Shown piece by piece: positions 1 to 12,314 of a stretch of 64,000 nt of DNA. Both the position numbers and the translations under genes were made by a program. The stretch spans positions 232,750,001 through 232,814,000 of the forward strand of contig NC_058368.1 of assembly GCF_018350175.1 (NCBI RefSeq), in the 5' to 3' direction. Positions within the stretch are counted from its first letter, which is position 1, and each line of letters opens with the position of its first letter. The stretch is from Felis catus. Lineage: Eukaryota. The notes below the pieces were generated by a model. The model saw only the letters and a list, made by a program, of their open reading frames with translations. It did no database searches and had not been told where the DNA came from.

Positions 1-722
1 AGTGATGTTGATCTGGGGACTGCACACTGGAATCTCCGTGTGTGATTCAGGGAACGAGAGGTATAAAATTATACACGATTCCCTTGAAGAGATAAGGAGA
101 AAGAGAGCACGCTATTCATTAAATAAGGACAGGACTATGCTTCGTTCTGTAGAGTTGTTTCATCAGTTCAGAGTTCACAGAGATTACGAAAGCATCCCTA
201 ACGATAAGGGTACCATTTGCTTGCTAATCTGGACAGCAGCTAGGAAGAATGTAGCATTTAGGGAGCCCTGTCTCACTGCTATTTTGGACTTTTTTCATCT
301 TTATCTTTCAGTGTAACTGCTAAATCACCATTTGGAGGTCGCATTATTCTTATTCTGTTACAATTACCGAAGAGGGAGAAATCGAGTCTCATTTTTTCTT
401 TGCTTTTTAGTTTTTTCTGCAACCATTGGTTGTGTGCTCGTCTCAACCTATCAGTAAGCAGTGTTGTGGTTGGACCAGCCCCCGTGGTTCCTGTTATGAT
501 TGCAAGATGCCCTCGGCAACGACCAGCAGGAAACTTTGCAAAAAATAAACGTTTATCACTTACGAGACCTGGAAATTATCTGGTATACTTGGGGCCACAT
601 AGTGAGGTCACAGGTAGAAAGGAGGGTGGGTCTGGGGTTCTGCTTAATATTGGGGTCTAGAGTTGGGGCCAAGGCTCTCATGGGCTCAATCTTTATTCGT
701 GAATTGAGAGCATAAGAGCGGA

Positions 723-940
723 GGGGAGCCTGGGGGGCTTAGTCAGTTAAGCGTCTGACTTCGGCTCGGGTCACGATCTCATGGTTGGTGAGTTGGAGCC
801 CCGTGGGGCTCTGTGCTGACAGCTCGGAGCCTGGAGCCTGCTTCGGATTCTGTCTACATCTCTCTGCCCCTCCCCTGCTCGTCCTCTGTCTCTCTTTCTC
901 TCAAATACAAAATAAAACATAAAATTTTTTTTTTAAAGAA
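723..940 (+). mobile_element. CAN-SINE
   Basis: tRNA-like head, (CT)n, A-rich tail, degenerate TSD ATAAG(A/G)GCGG. Confidence 0.92.
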
Positions 941-1811
941 AATATAAGGGCGGGGATGTAATGTGCAGGAAGAGAAAAAAGCAAGCAGTCCAAATGGTCA
1001 GTTATTAAAATCATCTAAAATCTCTAAAACCAAGTCACCCCATGGCAGAGGCAGCCTGGCTCTCTATCTAGTGTGTGGCTGGCGGTGTGTTTATTGGGGA
1101 CAACCCTCTTTGAAATGGTTGCATTAGGCAACAAAGCTTAAGTCAGGCACTGGCATCCTAAAAAGAAAAGAAAAACCAAACCAAAAAAACCCAAAAACTG
1201 TGAGGGCTTAACCTACAGCATCTAAGTAGTGCTATTTTCTTAAGAGAATGGTTTAGTCTTCCTAAAATTCTTCCTCTATAATGCCCAGCAGGGCAGCATT
1301 CTGGGTTCCTTTTTAAGTGTTCAATTTGTTTATCTGTTCTCTCTACAGAGTAGTGCTTTTTCCCCCCAATTTTATTTGCTCTGAGCTGCTTTATCCAACT
1401 CACCAGGCCTTTTCCACAGGCAGACAGGAGTCTTTATTTAGTCCCAGAGCATAGCTTGGAACATGTTCAACTTCAGCTGTGGAAATGAATGCTTGCGGAT
1501 TTATCTAGGCGTTTGGGGGAGGCTGCTCCTGGTGCTCGAGGAGATAATAGCACCTTATAAATGTGTGTACAGTATCCACTTCTGCATAAACCGCCGACTG
1601 CCTGCAAATACACAGTCATCCCCATTTATATCAGGCCAATAGTAGTTGGATGCCAATGAAAGATCTTGGACGGTTGTGATCATTAGGGTCTGAGAAGGCT
1701 CCGTGACCAAGACAAGGATGTGGAAATGAGACCGAAGTCTGCTCCCTGCTGGGTGGCCAGAGAAGAACACCCAGTGAAGGGCAAGCCTTCTGTCCACCTT
1801 AACTAGGTTGC

Positions 1812-1969
1812 ATTCCTCTATCCACTCATCTGTCAATGGGCACTTGGGCTGCTTCCAAGATTTGGCTATTGTAAATAATGCTGCTATAACATAACGATGC
1901 ATGTATCCCTTTGAATTCATGTTTTTGTATTTTGGGGGTAAGTACCCAGTAGTGCGATTACTGGATCAT
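1812..1969 (-). mobile_element. L1 ORF2 C-terminal fragment
   Basis: Translates IAALFTIAKSWKQPKCPLTDEWI, the conserved L1 ORF2 C-terminal motif. Confidence 0.9.
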
Positions 1970-2575
1970 TTAGGTTCACAGCAAAATTGAGAGGAAGGCG
2001 CAGAAATTTCCCACATGCCCACTGCCCTCACACATGCACAGCCACCCCCATTACCAGCAGCCCACACCAGAGTGGGTACATTTGTTACAACTGATGAACC
2101 TACATCGACGCATCATAATCACCCAGAGTCCATGGTTTATTAGAATCCACTCTCGTACATTCCATGGGTTTGGACAAATGTATAATGGCGCGTCCCCATT
2201 ATTATGATAGCAGATGGAGTGGCTTCACTGGCCTCAGAATCCTCTTGGGTATGACTATTCATCCCTAGTCCCCACCCCCAACCTCTGGCAAACCACTGGC
2301 ATTTTTACTGTCTCCATGGTTTTGCCTTTTCCAGAATGCCATATAGCTGGAATCATGTGATATGTAGCCTTTTCATACCGGCTTCTTTGAGTTAGTGATA
2401 TGCATTCCCTCCATGTTCCTCATGGCTTACTGGCTTATTTCTCTTTGGTGCTGGATAACATCCCCTTGTACAGATATACTAGCTTATTCATTCAACTGCT
2501 AAAAGACATCTTGGCTCTTGGGACAATAATGAACTAAGCTCTTGGTAACATCCTGGTGCAGGTTCTTGTGTGGTG
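1970..2575 (-). mobile_element. Old L1M 3' end
   Basis: TAGGTTCACAGCAAAATTGAG ... TTTGCCTTTTCCAGAATGCCATATAGCTGGAATCAT ..., typical of the L1MB/MC 3' UTR. Confidence 0.8.
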
Positions 2576-2697
2576 AATCCTACTACTTATGAGTGCCATA
2601 TGCAGTCCTTACGCTAGCAAAGATAACACACTTGCTTCTCAGATTTCCTGAAAACGTGCCCTGAACTTTAAAAATTGCAGTCATTCCCATGGGTTTC

Positions 2698-2870
2698 GAG
2701 TAGTTTTCAACTTCACTGTGTGCTTGAAATTCCTGGAAACCTGGTGAAAACATTCTTTTAAACTATAGATGCTGGGACTCTAAGCCCTGATAATTTGATT
2801 CTAAAGGTTTGGGGTGAGAAGTTCGCCTGTTTATCACGAACTTTAGGTATTTCCAATGCTGGTTTAAAGG
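2698..2870. mobile_element. MER5-like hAT DNA transposon relic
   Basis: AGTTTTCAACTT ... AGATGCTGGGACTC ... TGATTCTAAAGGTTTGGGGTGAG pattern. Confidence 0.45.
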
Positions 2871-3080
2871 CAACCTCTCTGTCTCATTAAATTGGTTTTA
2901 AAATCAAATAAAAGTAGCTCTCCTTTTTCTAAATAGACAGAAAAAAAAACCCTACCAAAACAGCAAAATTCATCATATCTATAAAACAATTTCTACATAC
3001 AACAAATTTCCCATGGATTGTAGTAATAAGAAAACATGAAGATATCCCACTTCATTCTCTTTAAAAGACTGTATGGTCCA

Positions 3081-3306
3081 GGGGCACCTGGGTGGCTCAG
3101 TCGGTTGAGCACCTGACTTCGGCTTGGGTCATGATCTCATGGCTCATGGGTTCGAGCCCTGCATCGGGCTCTGTGCTGACAGCTTAGAGCCTGGAGCCTC
3201 CTTCCGATTCTGTCTCCCTTTCTCTCTGCCCCTCCCCCTCTTGTGTTCTCTGTCTCTGTCTCTGTCTCTCTCTCAAAAATAAATACATGTTCAAAAATAA
3301 ACAAAC
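3081..3306 (+). mobile_element. CAN-SINE
   Basis: GGGGCACCTGGGTGGCTCAG head; TSD AAAAGACTGTATGGTCCA / AAAAGGCTGTACGGTCCA. Confidence 0.95.
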
Positions 3307-4959
3307 AAAAGGCTGTACGGTCCAGAAGGAAGAAAGCTGGGACATCAGAAGAATCAGACAATATTTAATAATTCCATCAAATGCAATAAAGCTAATTGGA
3401 AATGGAAAATCCAAGGAAAACAAATATAAAAACCTAAAAGAAACAACTACTTTTACTCACCAGAATTTCATCCACATGCACCTTCTGGTTGCCTTTTCAA
3501 AATCATTTCCAGGCTCAATGTTGCCCTCAATGTCTGCTTGTGACCGACCCTTAGTCGCTTGGGGAATGGAATCTAATTTGATAATATAGGAACAATTTTC
3601 CAGTTATACAGATAGAAGAAAGAACACGTTCTTATTTGTACCTCTCTTTTTCTTCTGAGTATGCTTTGCAGTCAGACAACAGACTTGGAAGTTCTGTGGA
3701 AAAGTCAGCTTCACAGCCAAACCTTCCAGCCACCCCCACGCCAACATTTATTTCATTGAGTTGTGACGCTTGCCCTGCCCCTTTCTCCAAACTCTCAAAC
3801 GCAGGAAACATACTCTACTTCCTTGCGAATGGGATCACAGTGAAGGAATGAATGACAGTTTACAAATCCTATGCCTGGAATAAGAATGCCCAGACAAGAT
3901 GGCGGCCTGGCTGGCTCACCTCCTGTCCACCTTCTTCGTCTCAGTACACTGGTGGGTTCTGTCCTTTTACCCCCCGTGTCTTCAGCATTCCTTACTCCCC
4001 ACCTTTGGATGCTCTCTGCTGTTGGAAGAACTTTGTCAAAAGTTCTCATCAAGGGAATATATCCTGTCCAGGCTGAGATGTTTGAAAGCAGCCTGTTCTC
4101 TCTGTATTCTCTTTCCCAACCCCTAGTTGGATGACAGTGTCCAGTGGGACCTTAGAAACCACATAATTAAGACTCAGAGCCTCGATCAGCCTGCATCCAT
4201 AAACTCCCACCTCCAACTTCAAAGACTATTTATCATTTGATGGCTGAAGTGTGGGGACTACCTGTTACCACAGCTAGCACTACCTTATCTGACACGAATT
4301 TCAGCTCAAGTTCTTGGATGATCTGCCGAGTGACTTTAGGACTCACTGAGCAGATGAAAGAGGTGTTACAGGGGAGAGGATGGGAAAGGAGAGAGAAGGT
4401 CCATCCCACGTTTATTGACTTACCTCCACTCCTCTCACAGGAAACGTGGTGCTTGATGGATGGTTGTGCAGTTCCGTGTTTGGTCTTCATCCGGAAGTGG
4501 TGGGCAAGTTATCCAACTGACTCTTCCTTGTCTTTTCCTCCTATCCATGTGTATCCTGATGGATGGAAGGAAAGGGGCAGTTTGGCGGAGAAATTTGGAA
4601 ACGTGGAAGCAGAAGTCTGGGACGTTTAAGTCTTACTGGGGAGTATATTCTGGCCCAAATGATACAGAGGCACACTTTGCCTTTCACACACGACATCCGC
4701 CTCGAAGAAATGTATTTCCATCGCAAAGGCTCATAAAGTGAATTGTGTGGATGTTACATGGTACGGAATCAAATTCTGAGTTGGAGTCAAGGCGATCCGG
4801 GAAGATGTAATATATCTCCCACACATCATATTTCTTTCTAACTTGCTACCCTCTCTTTACGGAGGCTTATGTCATCATTCATGGCAGCCTTGTAATAAAG
4901 TCATAGAAAATACAGTCTATCACCTACAGCATGTTCTGAGGATTCCCAAGGTCATATAT

Positions 4960-5890
4960 CCAACTGGAATCTCTCCCCTTAGCCCCAGATTTGCAAGTCT
5001 ACCCTGCTTGCTTGGCTCCTCTCCTGGATGGCTGAGGCATAAAACGTTCAAAATGGAAGTCTCAGTCTTCCTCAGAAAACCTGCCTCGCTCTAGCCCTCC
5101 CATACCTGTGAATGCCACTCTTCCAGGGGCTCGAGCATCCCGAACACTTGGTGTCATCCTAAACACTCAGATTTTTCTCAGCTGTAGCACCCAAACTGTT
5201 ATCCACTCCCGCCAACCCTAGCTTCCAAATGGATTGAGAAACTGACCACCTACCACTGTCTCCAATGCTACCACCCTGGCCCAAGCCACCAGCATCTGTC
5301 ATTGGATTATTGCCACACCTTTTCGGGCTGATTGGTGTCTCTTCTTCGGTTCCTCCTCCCTGTGGTCTATTCCCCAAAACTAAGACCCACCAATGGTCTC
5401 TACCTCTATCTGAATAAAAATAAGGCCTGACAATGGCATCTGAGGACCACTTCACCTTGGAGCCCTCAGTGACGTCACTTCACTGAGCTGGATGCACTTC
5501 CAATTCATGGTCCTGGCCCTGGCCGCTCCCTGCCTCTGGAAGAATCTTCCTCCTGACACTTACACATCATTCCCTTTCCTCCTTCAAGTCTTTGCTCCAG
5601 TGCTGACTTCTCAAGTCATACCTTCCTGGCCTGTTCTTTGGGTGTTATCCTCCTACCCAAACACACGCAATCCTATCCCCTTCCCAATTTCATTTTCCTC
5701 TTTATAGCTACCACCCCCAATGCAAGGTATTTCATGTTTATATCTCTCTTTGGTTTTAACTCCTGCACATAACCTGGCAAGGCAAGTGTCGTGCTGGCAG
5801 GAATTTTTATCTGCTTGGTTACTGCTCTATGTCTAGGGCCGGAAACAGTGCCTAGAACATAAAATATGCCCAGTTACTAATGAAATAAGT
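4960..5890 (+). mobile_element. L2 3' region relic
   Basis: C/T-rich L2-like body ending GCAGGAATTTTTATCTGCTTGGTTACTGCTCTATGTCTAGGGCCGGAAACAGTGCCTAGAACAT. Confidence 0.65.
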
Positions 5891-6561
5891 GTATATTTTA
5901 CTCACGAAAGAGACGTTAGTGGTCTCAGTCTCAAGCTTAGGAACCTTTCAATTAATAGTAGTAATATGAGAGTGAGCTTTTTATACTTTCCATATAAAAA
6001 TATGGACATGTATTTCCCTTAGACCAAACGATACGCTGTTTGCATTTTTTGATGAGGACAGTGAGTATGTGTAAGGTCGTGGTCGCTCCAAGGTTTCAGT
6101 GAAAACTGAGGACTGCTTTTACCAATCAGCACAGATTACTGCTCTGCTCTCTTTTCTGAAAAGTCAGAAATCTCAGAAAACATATATTCTGAACCCTTAT
6201 ATTTTTTTCTGTTTCTCATCTTGGATTTGTTCGGTTCCTGTTCACTCAGTCATTGGATTTGTTGGCCATCTTTCCGTATCAGCCGCTGGGCGGGACCCAG
6301 ATGGAAACAAGACAGGACACTGATATGAAAACCCAAGGTAAGTGTTAGCTTTTATTTATTTACTTTGGAGGGGAAAAAAAAAAAGGGTGAAAATCCTGGA
6401 GGGCAAGGAAGTCCTAAAATGGAGATGGGGTCACCTACCCTCCAAGTTTCAGGAAGCAGCGAGGGGATGGCTTCAGTCAGAGAATAAGGTTACTTTAAAA
6501 GTAACTTACTCATGTGTCCCCACCCAGGCAATTTTCATGCCTATGTCTGAATGTAACTGTT

Positions 6562-6754
6562 ATTTATTTTTTTAACGTTTATTTATTTATTTTGAGAGCG
6601 AGCGAGCAGGGAAGGGACAGAGAGAATCCCAAGCAGGCTCCACACTGTCAGGTCAGAGCTGGACACGGGGGCTGGATCTCATGAACCGTGAGATCATGAC
6701 CTGAACCAAAATCAAGGGTCAGACACTTAACCAACTAAGCCACCCAGGTGCCCC
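6562..6754 (-). mobile_element. CAN-SINE
   Basis: Reverse head CCACCCAGGTGCCCC; TSD core AATGTAACT. Confidence 0.92.
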
Positions 6755-6786
6755 TAAATGTAACTTTTAAAAAATAGAAAGCCTAA

Positions 6787-7025
6787 GGGCACCTGGGTGG
6801 CTCAGTTGGCCCAGTGTCCAACTTTGGCTCAGGTCATGATCTCATGATTTGTGAGTTCGAGCCCCGCGTCGGGCTCTGTGTTGACAGCTCAGAGCCTGGA
6901 GCCTGCTTTGTATTCTGTGTCTCCCTCGCTCTCTGCCCTTCCCCCACTTGCCCTTTGTCTGTTGGTCTGTCTCTCTCTCTCTCTCTCACTCCAAATAAAA
7001 ATAAATAAATAAACAAACATTAAAA
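6787..7025 (+). mobile_element. CAN-SINE
   Basis: Head, (CT)n and tail; TSD AAAATAGAAAGCCT. Confidence 0.95.
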
Positions 7026-7109
7026 GAAAATAGAAAGCCTCACCCCTCCACCAGCATAGGGACTAATTTATAATTGCCCTCTGGTATAATTCCCATTTCT
7101 GGGTTTCTC

Positions 7110-7740
7110 TTTTTGACTTTATTGTGGCATAATTGGCAAATAAAATTGCAAGATATTTAAAGTGCACACATGATGATTATATACATGTATACGTCGTGCA
7201 AGAATCCCGCCCAAGTTCATTGACACCCTCGTCACCTCGCATATTTACCGTGCAGTGCGTGAGAACATTTACGTTCTTTAGGAAATTTCAGTTATATAAT
7301 ACAGCGGCATCAACTACAGCCCCCAAGTTTTGCCTTAGATTTTCTGATCTTATGCATCTGATAACTGAAAATACATGCTTTTTTGTCAACCTCTCCCTAA
7401 TTCCCCCAGCCGCACCTTCTAGCGACCACTTTTATACTGTTTCTATGCATTAGACATTGCCTTAGATTCCACATACGAGTGACACCTTGCAGAATTTCTT
7501 TTTTAGTCTGGCTTACCTCACTCAGCACATTGTGCCAGACCTCCGGGTCTGTCCACGTTGTCACAAATGGCAGGATTTTCTTCGTTTTTGAGGCTGACTA
7601 GTATCTCATTACCTACATTCCACATTGTCTTGACCCATCCACCGTTTGAGACGCTTCAGTGGCTTCCGTATCTTGGCCATTGTGAGTAGAGCTGTTATGT
7701 TTGCCCTAAGACGGGAGAGATCACTTGGAAATAGTCAAGC
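7110..7740 (-). mobile_element. L1 (L1MA/Carnivora-like) 3' end
   Basis: TTTATTGTGGCATAATTGGCAAATAAAATTG ... TAGATTCCACATACGAGTGA ... GTTGTCACAAATGGCAGGATTTTC. Confidence 0.8.
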
Positions 7741-8239
7741 CTAACTTGTCAACTGGCCGTTGCGTGGAGACAGAGGTCAAACACATAGCTTCGCCTCTGC
7801 TGCGACCGTTGCCCTCTACAGAAAGCAAACATTGAGGGTCCTCCCCACCGGGACAGCTCAGTGAGTACGACGTGCTCCCCGCTGAGGATGTGAAGCCTGA
7901 GAAAAACGTACACGGTATTTCCTGAATGTCTCATGCACGTGAGGTTCTGCTAATGCACACAGAGCAATCAAAGGAAAACAGTGTGGCTGTCTCGTGACTA
8001 TAAAAAGTAAAGACCTGTGTCTCTATTTTTCCCAATTTCAAACGATGGAATACTTAAAACCATCTCAACAAAGAATAAAGTGAGATGAATCAATCTCCAT
8101 GATTTGAAGACTTATTGCATAGATAGTGATCACCAGTAGTCCCTGGTGGGGGGGAAGACCCGTAGGTCAATGGAGCTGCACAGACAACACAGGAATAGAC
8201 CCACGCAAGTATGCTAACTGACCATTTTCTTCTTTATTT

Positions 8240-8552
8240 TTTTTTTAAATCATGGTAAAAAAAAAATCCACATAACATAAACTTACCATGTTAACCATTT
8301 CTAAGTGTACTGTTGAGGACACTCAAGCTATTGTGCACCCAGCCTCCAGAACGTTTTCATCTTGCAAAACTGAAATTTTATACCCATTAAACAACGGCTG
8401 TGAATTTCCCATTCCTCAGCTTCTGGAAACCACCATTTTGTTTTCTGTTTCTGTGAACCTGACTACTGCAGAGACCTCACAGAAGTGGAATCAGACAGTA
8501 TTTGTCTTTCTCTGACTGGCTTATTTCACTTAGCATGCTGCCCTCAAGGTTC
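8240..8552 (-). mobile_element. L1MB-like 3' end
   Basis: CATAACATAAACTTACCATGTTAACCATTTCTAAGTGTAC ... AAGTGGAATCAGACAGTATTTGTC ... GACTGGCTTATTTCACTTAGCAT. Confidence 0.8.
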
Positions 8553-8554
8553 GA

Positions 8555-9125
8555 TTTTTGAACTGGCAAACTTCTAGAAGTAGAAAATAGATCAGTGATT
8601 GCCACAGGTGAGGGATGGCAGAGTGGGGGTTGCTAAGGACAACCTGAGAGGTCCTCAGGATGATGGAACCGTTCAGAATGAAGTACAAATGACACACGTG
8701 ATTAAATTGTATAGAAATAAAATGAACACGCACACACACACACGAGTACATATAAAATTGAGGAGATCCAAATAAGAACAGTGATTTATATCAGTGTTGA
8801 TGGGGCTCCTGGGTGGCTCAGTCGGTTAAGCGGCCAACGTCGGCTCAGGTCACGATCTCACAGTCCGTGAGTTCGGGTCCTGCATCAGGCTTGGAGCCAG
8901 CTTCAGACTCTATGTTGCTGTCTCTCTCTTCCTTTCCCCCATTCACACTCTGTCTCTCTCTCAAAACTAAATAAACCTAAAAAAATTATTTTTTTTAATA
9001 TCTTGGTTGTGACAGTTTCCTCTGGTGGGAGGAACTAGGCCAAGGGTTCCCGGGATATTTATGTATTGCTTCTGTCAACCATATGCAAATCTACAATTAT
9101 ATACATAAAAATTCAATTAAAAAAG
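8555..9125 (+). mobile_element. Old L1M 3' end interrupted by a SINE
   Basis: AGATCAGTGATTGCC ... GATGATGGAACCGTTC ... ATCTACAATTATATACATAAAAATT. Confidence 0.6.
8802..8985 (+). mobile_element. CAN-SINE
   Basis: GGGGCTCCTGGGTGGCTCAGTCGGTTAAG head and A tail. Confidence 0.92.
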
Positions 9126-9905
9126 TAGCAATTCTCAAGACCCCTGGGCGTATGGCCTACATCACATACATTTCCACACCTCTTTCTCAGGCCTACCGGT
9201 TCACGCTATTACACTCCCCGATACTTTGTCTTTGTAAGACAATAAAGCTCTACTCATTTTTAACTCAGAAAGTACCGTTGTTACTGAACTTTTGATCATT
9301 TTTGGCCACTCTGCCTGGTAAATAGAAACACACAGGTTTCTACTGAAAATGAAAAGTGAACGGAGGGATTAAAAATTAGACACGACAGAACTCTAATCTT
9401 TTAAACTTCCCTGTGGTCTATTCACTGGGTTTCCAGATTGACTTTGTTCACGTGCGGCTCTAAAGATGGCCTCCGGGGCGTAAGCATGACAACGAATGTA
9501 GCCGACCCCACACGTGGGCCCTTCGCAGTTCCGCGTAGTTGTCTGGAAGCCGTCCGCTGCATTTGTTTTCCCCCTGGAAGGCAAGTCTTGCACTCATTAG
9601 TATTGATCTCTCTGTCTAGAAAGGGCAGCCACTAATTTTAATCACTGCTTGACATGGGGCTTTTGCGACTCAGAGCTGTGCCTTTCTCTTGGGTCCAGTG
9701 CTCTGAGCGTTTCATTGCCATCATGCACCAGCAAATCCTGACGTTTGTTATTCTACCTTATATAGAAACAGGTGCTCCTTACTCTGAAGTCCCTGTTGGC
9801 TTATCTGCCTCATCTGCTATCATTTGAGGTTCTGCTGGTCTAGAGGTCTTAAGTCCAAAGGGAATAATTGATTTCATCAGGGGACGTAAAATATAAGTCC
9901 ATTGA

Positions 9906-10124
9906 GGGGCGCCTGGGTGACTCAGTTGGTTAAGGGCCCACTTCGACTCAGGTCATGATCTCATGGTTTGTTGATTCGAGCCCCGCATGGGACTCTGTGC
10001 TGACAGCTCAGAGCCTGGAACCTGCTTCGGATTCTGTGTCTCCCTCTTCCTCTGCCCCTCCCTTGTTCATGCTCGCTCTCTCTCTCTCTGTCAAAAAAAT
10101 AAATAAATAAACGTTAAAAAGAAA
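9906..10124 (+). mobile_element. CAN-SINE
   Basis: TSD AAGTCCATTGA (9895-9905 / 10125-10135). Confidence 0.95.
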
Positions 10125-11842
10125 AAGTCCATTGAGCTGGGGTTGAGTCTATCTCTTGGGCACTTTGAGACTCTCTTGCCTCTGAATCATGTGGCAGAGA
10201 GGGAGTCGCACCGTGCTCTCTGGGGCATGTCCTGGCTGTGAAGTAGAAGGTGGGTCCCTACCACATGAGGAGGGAGGGAGGAGGCTGTCTGGACTGCTGA
10301 TCATCTCGGGCATTGATGAGTACTCTTACGTACTGTGACAAAGGTCCATGGAAGGACCAGGGGGCCCAGCCAGGGGGTACTGTGCACGGTCAGGGCCCTT
10401 CAGGAATCAGGTCTGGGTGACTCCGCCAGGCCAGGAATCAGGACGAGCAGAGGTGTTCAAGAAGGGAATATAGAATGTCCCCACATCACTCCCAAAGGGT
10501 TCCCAAAATCCTAGATGTATGTGTGTATATATGCGAGAGAGACGACAAGAGAGAGGGAAAGCAAATGGGGCAAAGGAAACGATTCCTGCGTGCTGAGTAG
10601 AGTTTACAGAAGTTCCCTGCACTAATCTTGAAATGTTTCCGTAAATGTGAAATGACGGCGGAGGAAAAAGTTACACAAATAAAATGATAAAAACAGTGGC
10701 TTGGAAGGGGTTTGAAGAGCATTTCAGGCCCATAGAAACAAAGTTGTTTTCTGTGGGAAATGACTCGATGATGTTTTCAGTGGCTAGAAATGCATAACCG
10801 TAAAGCCTGACGGTTACTGTGCGCACGCAGGTTTTTATTAAATCTAGGCTTCGCGGGACGGAATGGCTGTTACGGCCTTTCCCTCTTAATTACTGCAGAA
10901 CTATTACTTCTGATAACATCGTTCACTTTATGCTCTGCACTTCAGCGATCTACCCAGATGCCGCTCACCAGAAGCAGCTGTTAGGCCCCGAACGAGCCTC
11001 ATTCCCTCCCATCAGCCAAAGGCACATCCTTCTGCAGAGTCCTGCCGTCCTGCTGTATCACCGACAGCATGACACCCGCCTGCCATCCTGCTCCTTACCC
11101 GGCGGCTCTCGTCTTTGTTTTGTTTGGTGTTTTCCTTCACCTTGTGCCCGCACCGTCGGATTACACAGGGTCGGGTTCGCGGAAAAGAAAAATCTTACTG
11201 GTAACTCCAGGACGAGATTCTAGATTCTAGGACGAGAGGTGTGCTAGGCACGAACCGTGGATGGTGACCACGCGGGGAAAGGAGGGTTTCGCAGAGTAGC
11301 CAGGATCCCGGAGGAGGAGATCCGCGAACCGGGAACCGAGGGTGGGGCCTGGGGCTGACTCGGGAGGAAGTTTCCAGCGCAGGGAACTTCGCTGGAAGGT
11401 GGTGGGGCGGCCAGGCGGAGAAAGTGTGCATGCCCAGGGCATGAAGAGGGTTCCAGGCGACTGAGATCACGCAGGTCCTGTGTCTTCTGTTCCGGGTAGA
11501 AGGGAGCCCCTGCTGGATTGTAAGAAGGGACCGAGGCCGCGGTGATACACGAACCACATTCCTCAGTGCTCTGCGTTCTGTCTGCACAACTGGCCAGTGT
11601 CGCGGGGAAACTGTCGGTGCACCGTTGTGGAGGCTTTCTGATGGGTCTGGGCATGACATCAAGGTTTCCTGGTTCCTCCTATGTTCTTAGGATCACCACC
11701 ACCGCTAACCCCCCACCCCATATCCTAACCTTCTTCCATTGAAGGAATCCAAGGGACACCCAGTCCCTGGCAACACTAAGAATCTTTGCTCGTTCTCTTT
11801 TTCTGTCCCTTAAGTGGCTTCAATGTAAAATAGCCATATTTT

Positions 11843-12057
11843 ATTAAATTTTTTTAATGTTTTATTTTTGAGAGACAGAGAGAGACAGAGCATGAGCGGG
11901 GGAGGGGCAGAGAGAGGAGGAGACACAGAATCCGAAGCGGGCTCCGGGCTCTGAGCTGTCAGCACAGAGCGGGACGCAGGGCTTGAACCCATGAACCGTG
12001 AGATCATGGCCTGAGCGAAAGTCAGTTGCCAAACCGCATGAGCCACCCAGGTGCCCC
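11843..12057 (-). mobile_element. CAN-SINE
   Basis: Reverse copy; TSD AAATAG(C/A)CATATTTT. Confidence 0.95.
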
Positions 12058-12090
12058 AAATAGACATATTTTTAAATTACAGCTTTTTGC

Positions 12091-12207
12091 GGGGCGGGGG
12101 CCTGGGTGGCTCAGTCAGTTGAGTTCTGGATTCTTGATTTCTGCTCAGGTCATGATCCCAACGTGATGGGACTGAGCCCCACCTCACGCTCTGTGTTGGG
12201 CCTGCTC

Positions 12208-12260
<53 letters not shown>

Positions 12261-12314
12261 CCTCTCTCTGCCCCTCCCCTGCTTATGTTCTCTCTCTCTC
12301 TGAAATTAAAAAAA
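12091..12314 (+). mobile_element. CAN-SINE with expanded (CT)n
   Basis: Head, long (CT)n and A tail; TSD AAATTACAGCTTTTTG / AAATGACAGTCTTTTG. Confidence 0.92.

Noticed and set aside
1555..1920. 121-aa ORF with a recognisable motif
   Set aside because: The motif is an L1 ORF2 C-terminal fragment, not a host gene.
3081..3165. tRNA-like A/B box sequences here and in other SINE heads
   Set aside because: They are CAN-SINE heads followed by (CT)n and A tails, not tRNA genes.
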